The position numbers and the translations under genes were made by a program. The notes under the pieces are model-generated. The model ran no database searches and was not told the DNA's origin. It was given only the letters and a program-made list of their open reading frames with translations. Shown here in pieces: positions 38,665 through 46,081 of a stretch of 64,000 bases of DNA. Numbering within the stretch: position 1 is the stretch's first letter; the number at the start of each line of letters is the position of its first letter. Origin of the DNA: an uncultured Clostridia bacterium (lineage in GTDB: Bacteria; Bacillota; Clostridia; Oscillospirales; Acutalibacteraceae); contig CANRAU010000004.1 in NCBI GenBank assembly GCA_947628665.1, forward strand, positions 38,359-102,358, in the 5' to 3' direction.

Positions 38665-38784
38665 ATCTCAACGCCTTATGAGATTACACTACAAGTTCAA
38701 ATAAAAATTTATTCAACCCGCCGTGAAAGCGGCATCACAGTGTGTGAGCGTGGCCTGCGATATAAGCAGGCCTTTATTTTTTTT
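38665..38784 (+). ncRNA. tracrRNA
   Basis: The anti-repeat CCTTATGAGATTACACTACAAGTTCAAAT (38674-38702) is complementary to the crRNA repeat, with one G:U pair and a 2-4 nt bulge. A small CCGC/GCGG hairpin follows, then the terminator GGCCTGC-GATATAA-GCAGGCC-TTTATTTTTTTT (38752-38784). The 5' end is inferred from the promoter. Confidence 0.8.
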
Positions 38785-39273
38785 AAAAATTGCGCCAATT
38801 TTTTCAACAAAATGTTACCATATTTTTCTAATTGTGTAAAGGAGAGGTTTCTTTGCACCGATTTTAGGACTTAAAAATCAGGTGAAAACAGCAGTATTTT
38901 TGTTTATGCTTTTGCCGTCCGATGTAACCTCACGGGATAAGCCGCCAACGGAGGTAAAAAGCTCATCTTATAATCGCCGCAGGTGAAACCACAATTTACA
39001 CCAAAATAATGCTGCAAAAGTGTGTTGTTATATGTAGAAACTCTCGGCGGGCGTTTTCTTATTAAGTGAACACCCCGTATCAGATTGCAAAAAAGAATTA
39101 GCCCCCTCGTTATCACGATGCGAGAATGGAATTTCGCATCGTATCAACGTTCTGTCAAGGCTTTAAGGATGGAGATTTTCGCCGGAAAATACGATCCGTG
39201 CCTTGACAGGTTGTTATATGGGACAATCACAGGCTCATATACTTATTGAGAACGAGGGAGGTGTTGGTAACTG

Positions 39274-39477
39274 TTGCATCGAGAATTTGTTTATGTGGGT
39301 GCTCCTGTCCCAGATTTGGATGGGCAGGAATACGCAGCGTTCCTTTTGAACATTCAAAAGTCAATCCTCTTTTCTTTGGAGCATAGAAAACTATTGACCC
39401 CTTCACAGCGGGAACGCTGTTTGGTTGCGCTTGAAAATCAGTACAGTCAAAAAGAGAGGAATAAGCGCCAAGCATAG
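39274..39477 (+). CDS. small hypothetical protein (67 aa) upstream of the recombinase
   Basis: A TTG start sits 12 nt after GAGGGAGG. The sequence is MHREFVYVGAPVPDLDGQEYAAFLLNIQKSILFSLEHRKLLTPSQRERCLVALENQY.... The stop codon lies in the loop of a terminator hairpin. Confidence 0.4.
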   Translation: MHREFVYVGAPVPDLDGQEYAAFLLNIQKSILFSLEHRKLLTPSQRERCLVALENQYSQKERNKRQA

Positions 39478-39492
39478 CCGCTTGGCGTTTTT
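39466..39492 (+). terminator. rho-independent terminator after the small ORF
   Basis: An 8-bp stem CGCCAAGC/GCTTGGCG with a 6-nt loop is followed by TTTTT. Confidence 0.55.
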
Positions 39493-39600
39493 ACATATAG
39501 AGAAATGTGCAAATTTGAAATTCGCACATTCGACAGAACCACCGCCCTTATTTACAATAGAAATAACGGCAGCAGAGGTTGCTGGGAAAGGAGTATTGGA

Positions 39601-41409
39601 ATGAACAAATACGAACTCTTAAACCAAGAGCGCAAATTCGTTGATAAGAAAAAACGAGTTGCGGCTTATTGCCGAGTTTCAACCGATAACGAAGATCAAG
39701 CAAACTCTTTTGAAAGTCAGCAGCGGTATTTCCGGCAATATATCGAGCGCAATCCCGATTGGGAACTTTATGAGATATTTGCCGATGAGGGAATATCCGG
39801 TACAAACACCAAGAAGCGCAAAGAGTTTAACCGCATGATTGCCTGTGCTAAAAACGGGGATTTTGATTTGATTATCACAAAAGAGATCTCCCGCTTTGCC
39901 AGAAACACGCTCGACAGCATTTACTATACCCGTGACTTGAAAAAGCATGGTGTAGGTGTTATCTTTATGAATGACAACATCAACACAATGGACGGCGACG
40001 CAGAGCTGCGCCTTGCCATTATGTCCTCTATCGCACAGGAGGAAAGCCGAAAGACCTCGGAGCGTGTGAAGTGGGGGCAGAAACGCCAGATGGAACAAGG
40101 CGTCGTTTTCGGCAGGGATATGCTCGGTTACGATGTCCGTGGCGGTAAAATGTATATCAATGAAGAAGGGGCAAAAATCGTTCGCCTTATCTTCCATAAG
40201 TTTGTTGTCGAGGGAAAAGGCACTCATGTTATCGCTCGTGAGCTTCGGGAGGAAGGCATTGAACCTATGCGGGTAAAGGAATGGCAGAACACGGTCATTC
40301 TCCGCATTATCCGCAACGAAAAATACTGCGGCGATCTGGTACAGAAAAAAACTTATACGCCGGACTTCCTATCCCATGAGAAAAAGTACAACCGTGGGCA
40401 GGAGGAATTCGTCATTATTAAAGATCACCATGAGCCAATCATTTCCCGTGAGCTGTTCGATGAAGCCAATCGGATTTTAGACGAACGCTCTTTATCGCCG
40501 GAGGGAAAGGCGAAGCACTCAAACCGCTATCCGTTCTCTGGAAAAATCAAATGCGGATGCTGCGGCGCAAGCTATGTGGCAAGGTATAAGACCCGCAAGG
40601 ACGGAAGCCGATATAAGGCGTGGCGTTGTCTGGAAGCCGCCCGAAACGGCAGCCCGCATATAGATAAGGCGGGCAATCAAGTCGGTTGCACAGCCCCAAG
40701 TATCCGAAACGAGGACGCAACACATCTCATGTATCTCGTTACCAAAGACTTAAAATTCAACCGGCAGAAAATCACGGATAACCTGCTTTCCATTATCAAA
40801 TCCATTATCGCTATGGATACCACAGGGTCGGATGTAGAAAAAATGAAAGCGAAAATCAAAGCGATCGAGGACAACCGAGCCAAGCTGATTGACCTCTATA
40901 TGTCGAATGTCATAACCAAAGAGGAATTTGCAGACGCCAGAGTAAAGTACGACAGTGAAATTGCCGAGCTGCAATCGGTCATCGACAGCATGGATAAACA
41001 GCAGGCACAGATACCGCAACAGCAAGAGCTTATCCAAGAGATAAGCGTGTCAATCAAAGAGATCATCGGCGGCGTGGAATACGAAGATGCGTTTTACAGA
41101 CGGATTTTAGAAAGAATAGTCGTGAATGACCGTGACAATATAGATGTATATCTGCATTTACTTCCAATCAAGTGGAGCTATACGGCTCTTAAAGCGTCAA
41201 AAAAAGCGTTAGCCCCTAAAATGGTTCATTTTAGGGGCTTCTCTACCTATATCCGTCAGCAGACCTTTCAGTTCCGCATAAGGCATAGAGAAGCGTTGGG
41301 AAAGATAGCGCAACGATGCACCCAATTCGCCGTCCGGCCCGCCATACTGGCTGATAATGATCTGTGCATATTTCGGGTTGGGGGTTTTGATTCTTACGGG
41401 ATACTGTAA
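39601..41409 (+). CDS. large serine recombinase (resolvase domain + recombinase domain + zinc ribbon + coiled coil)
   Basis: The ATG at 39601 follows GGAAAGGAG. The catalytic-Ser motif is VAAYCRVSTDNEDQ. Other motifs are ITKEISRFARN, IAQEESRKTSERVKWG and the Cys cluster KCGCCGASY...WRC...GC. The ORF runs 54 codons past the element boundary (41244) into antisense cotJC. Confidence 0.88.
   Translation: MNKYELLNQERKFVDKKKRVAAYCRVSTDNEDQANSFESQQRYFRQYIERNPDWELYEIFADEGISGTNTKKRKEFNRMIACAKNGDFDLIITKEISRFARNTLDSIYYTRDLKKHGVGVIFMNDNINTMDGDAELRLAIMSSIAQEESRKTSERVKWGQKRQMEQGVVFGRDMLGYDVRGGKMYINEEGAKIVRLIFHKFVVEGKGTHVIARELREEGIEPMRVKEWQNTVILRIIRNEKYCGDLVQKKTYTPDFLSHEKKYNRGQEEFVIIKDHHEPIISRELFDEANRILDERSLSPEGKAKHSNRYPFSGKIKCGCCGASYVARYKTRKDGSRYKAWRCLEAARNGSPHIDKAGNQVGCTAPSIRNEDATHLMYLVTKDLKFNRQKITDNLLSIIKSIIAMDTTGSDVEKMKAKIKAIEDNRAKLIDLYMSNVITKEEFADARVKYDSEIAELQSVIDSMDKQQAQIPQQQELIQEISVSIKEIIGGVEYEDAFYRRILERIVVNDRDNIDVYLHLLPIKWSYTALKASKKALAPKMVHFRGFSTYIRQQTFQFRIRHREALGKIAQRCTQFAVRPAILADNDLCIFRVGGFDSYGIL
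41227..41262. repeat. attR-like junction (element right end / host cotJC)
   Basis: The plus strand reads CATTTTAGGGGCTTCTC-TACC-TATATCCGTCAGCAG. The arm at 41227-41244 is the inverted partner (15/18) of 31314-31331. Confidence 0.7.
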
Positions 41410-41430
41410 TTTTTTCTCATATTGAAACAT
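41245..41430 (-). CDS. cotJC: cotJC 5' segment (codons 1-62)
   Basis: MFQYEKKLQYPVRIKTPNPKYAQIIISQYGGPDGELGASLRYLSQRFSMPYAELKGLLTDIG matches the CotJC N-terminus. As integrated, the ORF continues for 11 unrelated codons (REAPKMNHFRG) to a stop at 41209. Confidence 0.85.
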
Positions 41431-41433
41431 AGC

Positions 41434-41697
41434 TTACCTCACACACTCCTCTACATCCCACGGCCAGGGATTTTGCAGCCAGCTCGCGCCGCTGCCCGAA
41501 CGGGCGGTCAACGGGCCGTATTTGTCTTCAAAGGCTTCCTTTAACTGTTTGTATTTGACCATATATTTTTGAAGCCTTTCCATGGCTTCACAGTCGTCGG
41601 GATGCGTATCCAAATATAAGTGCAGTTCCCAAAGCACAAATTGTGCGGCGGAAAGCTCTTGCAGGCACTTTTCACGCTCAGTCATCATCATATACAT
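41434..41697 (-). CDS. cotJB: spore coat protein CotJB
   Basis: 87 aa. The segment LQELSAAQFVLWELHLYLDTHPDD is typical of CotJB. Confidence 0.85.
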   Translation of the reverse strand: MYMMMTEREKCLQELSAAQFVLWELHLYLDTHPDDCEAMERLQKYMVKYKQLKEAFEDKYGPLTARSGSGASWLQNPWPWDVEECVR

Positions 41698-41936
41698 TTA
41701 CCTCCCAAAAACGGCTTGTCGAGGTCGGGGAACAGCGTACCGCGGCTTAAAGCCTTGTCGGCCTCATACATGCACGTATCAATTTGAAACGGTACATATG
41801 CCATTGCGCTGACGGGATTTTTCGGCAGCTTGGAAAGCCCTGTATATACGGACGGGTCCGCCGCCGAACACGAAGCGCAGGAGGAATTTGCCTGTGCGCC
41901 CGCTGCGCAATAGTCCAAATAGTCTTTCAAAGTCAT
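41688..41936 (-). CDS. cotJA: spore coat-associated protein CotJA
   Basis: 82 aa. It carries the family signature AMAYVPFQ...ALSRGTLFPDLDKPF. Confidence 0.8.
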   Translation of the reverse strand: MTLKDYLDYCAAGAQANSSCASCSAADPSVYTGLSKLPKNPVSAMAYVPFQIDTCMYEADKALSRGTLFPDLDKPFLGGKCI

Positions 41937-42174
41937 GACTCCTTTTCTTTTTTTATCGGAACAATCCTTCTACAGCATCTTATGCCGCGTTCGGCGGTTG
42001 GTGCGGGATTTGGGACTATGTCTGCTCTGGAAAGAAGCGTTTCAAGGGTAAGCGCAAAATAGTCCACAAATTTTCCTGCGGATTTTTGTGGATTTGTAGC
42101 ATTGAAATGGCCCTTGTATTTATGTAGAATGAACATAAGAATCATTGAATCTCAGGGAAAAAGGAGAGAGGTCT

Positions 42175-43647
42175 ATGCCGGAGCAAAATACCTTGATCGA
42201 CGCCAATGTAAGACATATCAAAATGAAAGAATGGATCCTCTATCTGTTAGCGGTATTCTTTTATACGAATATGACAGGTATGGTGGGTTCGTACCGCAGC
42301 GCGTATCTTGTCAACGTATTGCAACTGAAAGAAACCGAAACCTCCCTGTTTAATGTGCTTACCGGGGTGATCCCGTTTGTATTGAACTTCTTCATTTCCC
42401 TGTACATAGACGGCAGACGCATGGGCAAGGGCGGCAAATTCAGACCCATCGCCCTGCTTTTGGCGATCCCGATGGGCATCATCTTGGTGCTCAACTTCTG
42501 GGCGCCGCCGTCGATCAGCGGCACAATTCTGATGATCTACATTGTGACCGTTGCCATTGCCTGGTCCGTCTGCACGATTTTCGGAAACACGGTCAACATG
42601 GTCTCTTTTGTGATGAGCCCCAACAGCAAAGAACGTGACGACGCGATCTCCTTCAAAAGCATCGCCTCCGCAGTCGGCAATTCCGCGCCCCTTGTGATCG
42701 TTTTTGTGATCGGTTTAATTTGGGATAATGAGGGCACACGGTATATCATCGGCGCGGCGCTCTGCGGCGTGGTGGGCATCATCACCATACTGCTTGGCAT
42801 GAGCGCGGTACAGGAACGCATTACATACAGTGCCGAAAAGAAAAACCCGCTGGTGGGTTTTCGGTACATTTTCGTCAACAAGTACGCGTGGGTACTCATC
42901 ATTTCCGAGTTTGTCAAGAGCTTCCGCAACATTGCCACCTTTATGGGCGTTTTTATGGCCGCCGCACTGCTCGGCGGTACGGATAAATTCCTGCTGTTCG
43001 GCCTGCCGACGGGCATCGGAACTGCCGTGGGTATGCTGATTATCAACTTCCTGCTGAAAAAGTTCTCTTACAAAGTGCTTTATATCGGGAGCGGCATTTA
43101 CTCCATACTCATCAACGGCGTCGCATTCGGCGTGGGCTATACGTATTTCCGCCAGCAGGAAGCGGGGCAAGGGTCGTCCTTCCTGCAGATCCTTTTCATC
43201 CTCTCCCTGTTCCTCATCGGTCTGCAATTCGGCGCTTCCAACCTGCTGCCTGACCTGTTCCGTGCGGATATTCTCGAGGACATCGAGCTGAAAAGCGGCA
43301 AAAGACTGGACGCTTCTTACCGTTTCGTGACAGACGTTTTCACCATGGTAAGCGGTACGATCGCCAGCGCATTGGCGCCGCTTATCCTTTACGGCGACAA
43401 TTCGATCATCGGCTATATCCAGCCGAGCGCATTGAATCCCGAACCTGTGCAAAGCGTGCGGACGAAGATCATTATGCTGTTCTTCTATACCGTTTTCCAC
43501 GGCATTATGATGTTCCTTGCGGGCGTCCCGTTCTTCTTCTACAAGCTGACGGGCAAGACCAAGGAGGATGTACATAACGCCGTTCTCGCGCAGCGCGAAG
43601 CACTTGCCGCCAAAGAGGGCAATGCGTCCGCCGCAGAGGCGCAATAA
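42175..43647 (+). CDS. glycoside-pentoside-hexuronide (GPH/MelB-like) cation symporter
   Basis: The ATG at 42175 follows AGGAGAG. About 12 TM helices are predicted. The GPH loop motif is DGRRMGKGGKFRP. Confidence 0.65.
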   Translation: MPEQNTLIDANVRHIKMKEWILYLLAVFFYTNMTGMVGSYRSAYLVNVLQLKETETSLFNVLTGVIPFVLNFFISLYIDGRRMGKGGKFRPIALLLAIPMGIILVLNFWAPPSISGTILMIYIVTVAIAWSVCTIFGNTVNMVSFVMSPNSKERDDAISFKSIASAVGNSAPLVIVFVIGLIWDNEGTRYIIGAALCGVVGIITILLGMSAVQERITYSAEKKNPLVGFRYIFVNKYAWVLIISEFVKSFRNIATFMGVFMAAALLGGTDKFLLFGLPTGIGTAVGMLIINFLLKKFSYKVLYIGSGIYSILINGVAFGVGYTYFRQQEAGQGSSFLQILFILSLFLIGLQFGASNLLPDLFRADILEDIELKSGKRLDASYRFVTDVFTMVSGTIASALAPLILYGDNSIIGYIQPSALNPEPVQSVRTKIIMLFFYTVFHGIMMFLAGVPFFFYKLTGKTKEDVHNAVLAQREALAAKEGNASAAEAQ

Positions 43648-43715
43648 ACCGATTTTTCTGCCGCTGCACTTTGAAAGTGCGGCGGCAATGTTCTTTTGGA
43701 AAGGAATAGACCGTT

Positions 43716-44624
43716 TTGGAAGCAAGCACCAAAATTCTTGACGCTGGATTAGCGGCGGACGAACGCGAAAGCACGGACGCGATCCATTTTTTGCGTACCG
43801 GCAGTTCGGATGCGATATTGCTGGAAAGCGACGGTCAATTTGCCCTCATAGACTGCGCGGAGGACAGCGACAACCCCCGAGGCTTTGCGGAATTGGCGTT
43901 TACGGGCTTTGAGGACGAGGTTTTGGCCTACCTGAAAGCGCACGCGGCAGATGAGAACGGAAACGTGCGGCTTGCGTTTATCGTCGGGACGCACAGCCAT
44001 TCGGATCATATCGGCGGATTTGACACGGTGATCGCCGATCGGAATGTTTTCATCGAAAAGGCTTACTTAAAAGCCTATGACGAAAGCAAAATCACCGATT
44101 ACGAAGTCAACAACTGGGACAACAAAGAAGTTTATCAGCAAATGGTGGATGCTTTGCACGCAAAAAACGTCCCGATCCTCTCCGAAATCGAGGAAAAGCC
44201 GTTCATGTTCGGCAATTTTCAGGTGACGCTGCTCAACACCACCGACAACGATCCCGAAAAGGTCGGGGAAAATGATCGCTCGCTCGGCGTTTTGCTCGAA
44301 AACAGCGGTGCAAGGATTTTTCTTGCGGGTGACATCAACAATATAAACGGCGACGAAGACCGTCTTGCCCCCGTGATCGGCGCGGTCGATCTGCTCAAAG
44401 TGGGACATCACAGCTACAGCGGCTCGACCACGGAGGAATTCCTCCAAACGCTTCGCCCGAAGGTGTGCGTCATCACGAACGACCAAGAACGTGTGGATCA
44501 ACAGACGCTGGACAGAATTTCGGACATCGCACATTCGACGATATACATTACGGGTGCAGAAAACGGCATAAAAGCGGTCATTGAAAAAAGCGGAGAAATA
44601 CGCTATTTCAACAACATACATTGA
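43716..44624 (+). CDS. MBL-fold metallo-hydrolase
   Basis: 302 aa. It has the HxHxDH motif GTHSHSDHIGG and a later VGHHS motif. Confidence 0.7.
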   Translation: MEASTKILDAGLAADERESTDAIHFLRTGSSDAILLESDGQFALIDCAEDSDNPRGFAELAFTGFEDEVLAYLKAHAADENGNVRLAFIVGTHSHSDHIGGFDTVIADRNVFIEKAYLKAYDESKITDYEVNNWDNKEVYQQMVDALHAKNVPILSEIEEKPFMFGNFQVTLLNTTDNDPEKVGENDRSLGVLLENSGARIFLAGDINNINGDEDRLAPVIGAVDLLKVGHHSYSGSTTEEFLQTLRPKVCVITNDQERVDQQTLDRISDIAHSTIYITGAENGIKAVIEKSGEIRYFNNIH

Positions 44625-44635
44625 GGAGATGCTGT

Positions 44636-45988
44636 ATGGAAAATTTCAGTTTTTATCTCTTGACGGACACGCACTTTTTTAAAAATTCGCTTGGGGCGCG
44701 CGGAGAGGAATACGATCAATTCATGCGCTTTGAGCAGAAATGCTTCGCCGAAACCGAAACCATCAACAACGCTACCTTTGATTGGCTTTGCAAAGACGAC
44801 CGCGCGCAAACCGTCCTGATCGCGGGCGATCTGTCCTTTAACGGCGAATACGAAAGCCATCTCGGCTTTATTGAATTGCTGAAAAAATTGGGCGCGAGCG
44901 GGAAGCGGATTTTTGTCATCACGGCGGATCACGATTTCAAAGACCCGCCCGATACCGCTTTTGCGTTCGACGAAACAGGCAGGCTGACCCCCGAAAGTAC
45001 GCCGCGCGATATGCTTTATGATTTGTATTATGAATTCGGCTTTCACGACGCGATCGCCGTGGACAAAAAGCATTTGTCGTATGTCGCACAGCTGTGCGAC
45101 GGCGTGCGTTTGCTGGCGCTCAACAACGACGGCAGCGGCAGGGAAAACCGTACATATGACGAGGAACAGATCGCATGGATCAAGGCGCAAACCAAAAAGG
45201 CGCGCGAGGATGGACAGATGCTGTTTGCCATGAACCACTACCCCCTGCTCCCCGGTCAGCCGATCTTTTCGCTGGTCAAACCTGCGGTGCAGAAAAACGC
45301 GGGCGAGATCACGACCATGCTCGCCGACGAGGGCGTGCATTTGGTCTTTACGGGGCATATGCACAACCAGAGCATCAACGAGAAGATCACCGAAAAGGGC
45401 AACAAATTCTATGACGTTTGCACGGGGTCGATCATTGCAAGTCCCGCTGTGATGCGGCTTGTGACCATAGAAAGTCCGAAGCAGGTCAAAATCGAGACGA
45501 TCCCCTGCCCGGATTTTGCATGGGATACGGGCGGACGCTCCTGCACGCAGTATCTCGACGACCTGTTTGACAACATGATCCAAAACAAACTGACGGATAT
45601 GACAGAGCATCCCGAAAAAATCGCAGGCAAAAACAAACTGCTCTGCAGGATCATCGGCAGCTTTGGCAAGCGTCTGCCTAAGCTCACCGTCGGGGGCGTC
45701 GCAAGGCTTTGCATGGTAAAGTGCGACCCGTCCATTCGGAAAATGAAGGTCATGGATTATGCCACCGAGCTTGTCCGCAATGTGTTCAGCGGCAATCAGA
45801 CCTTTAAAGAGGGTACGCCCAAGGGAGACGTTCTTCTCACCCTTTTGAAGCGGTTTGGATTTGTTTGGAAAAAACTCAATCTGAAAGACGCAGACGGAAA
45901 CCCAGCGGATCTATATGATCTGCTGAAAAACACTGCAGGAAACTACGGCATAGACGACTACAACGCAACGCTGATTTTGGAAGATTAA
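44636..45988 (+). CDS. calcineurin-like metallophosphoesterase
   Basis: The ATG at 44636 follows GAGGAG. Motifs are LLTDTHF, IAGDLSFNGE, NHYPL and FTGHMHNQ. Confidence 0.7.
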   Translation: MENFSFYLLTDTHFFKNSLGARGEEYDQFMRFEQKCFAETETINNATFDWLCKDDRAQTVLIAGDLSFNGEYESHLGFIELLKKLGASGKRIFVITADHDFKDPPDTAFAFDETGRLTPESTPRDMLYDLYYEFGFHDAIAVDKKHLSYVAQLCDGVRLLALNNDGSGRENRTYDEEQIAWIKAQTKKAREDGQMLFAMNHYPLLPGQPIFSLVKPAVQKNAGEITTMLADEGVHLVFTGHMHNQSINEKITEKGNKFYDVCTGSIIASPAVMRLVTIESPKQVKIETIPCPDFAWDTGGRSCTQYLDDLFDNMIQNKLTDMTEHPEKIAGKNKLLCRIIGSFGKRLPKLTVGGVARLCMVKCDPSIRKMKVMDYATELVRNVFSGNQTFKEGTPKGDVLLTLLKRFGFVWKKLNLKDADGNPADLYDLLKNTAGNYGIDDYNATLILED

Positions 45989-46081
45989 GCTTTATAGAGG
46001 ACGGCAGGTTAAAAACAGGGCATTGCTTTTGTGCAATGCCCTGTTTTGATGTTTGTATAAAAATTGGACGAATCAAATCGT

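Larger units (their letters stand above)
31313..41247. mobile_element. 9,935-bp serine-recombinase-bounded intervening element in cotJC carrying a type II-A CRISPR-Cas9 locus
   Basis: It splits cotJC in frame. A TACC identity sits at both junctions, with 15/18 inverted arms just inside them. A large serine recombinase gene abuts the right end. The cas region is visibly AT-richer than the flanks. Boundaries are exact only to within the 4-bp identity. Confidence 0.8.

Noticed and set aside
38904-39475. Minus-strand ORFs 38904-39116 (70 aa) and 39227-39475 (82 aa) in the element's non-coding region
   Set aside because: They have no RBS and odd composition. The second is antisense to the better-supported 67-codon plus-strand ORF.
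39505-39600. 32-codon N-terminal extension of the recombinase ORF (MCKFEIRTFDRTT...)
   Set aside because: There is no RBS at 39505. A strong GGAAAGGAG RBS precedes the ATG at 39601, and the resolvase domain begins just after it. The extension also overlaps an inverted repeat.
31313-41247. Interpreting the inserted element as a prophage or ICE
   Set aside because: No capsid, tail, terminase, replication, relaxase or type IV secretion genes are present. The cargo is CRISPR-Cas plus the recombinase module only.
41937-42100. Attempt to call a sigma-E/sigma-K sporulation promoter for cotJA, for example CATAAGAT at about 41975
   Set aside because: Only partial -10-like matches were found, without a convincing -35 at the right spacing. 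It cannot be supported by eye.
41933-42145. 70-aa minus-strand ORF upstream of cotJA
   Set aside because: It lies in the divergent promoter region between cotJA and the GPH transporter gene. It has no RBS and no recognisable motif.
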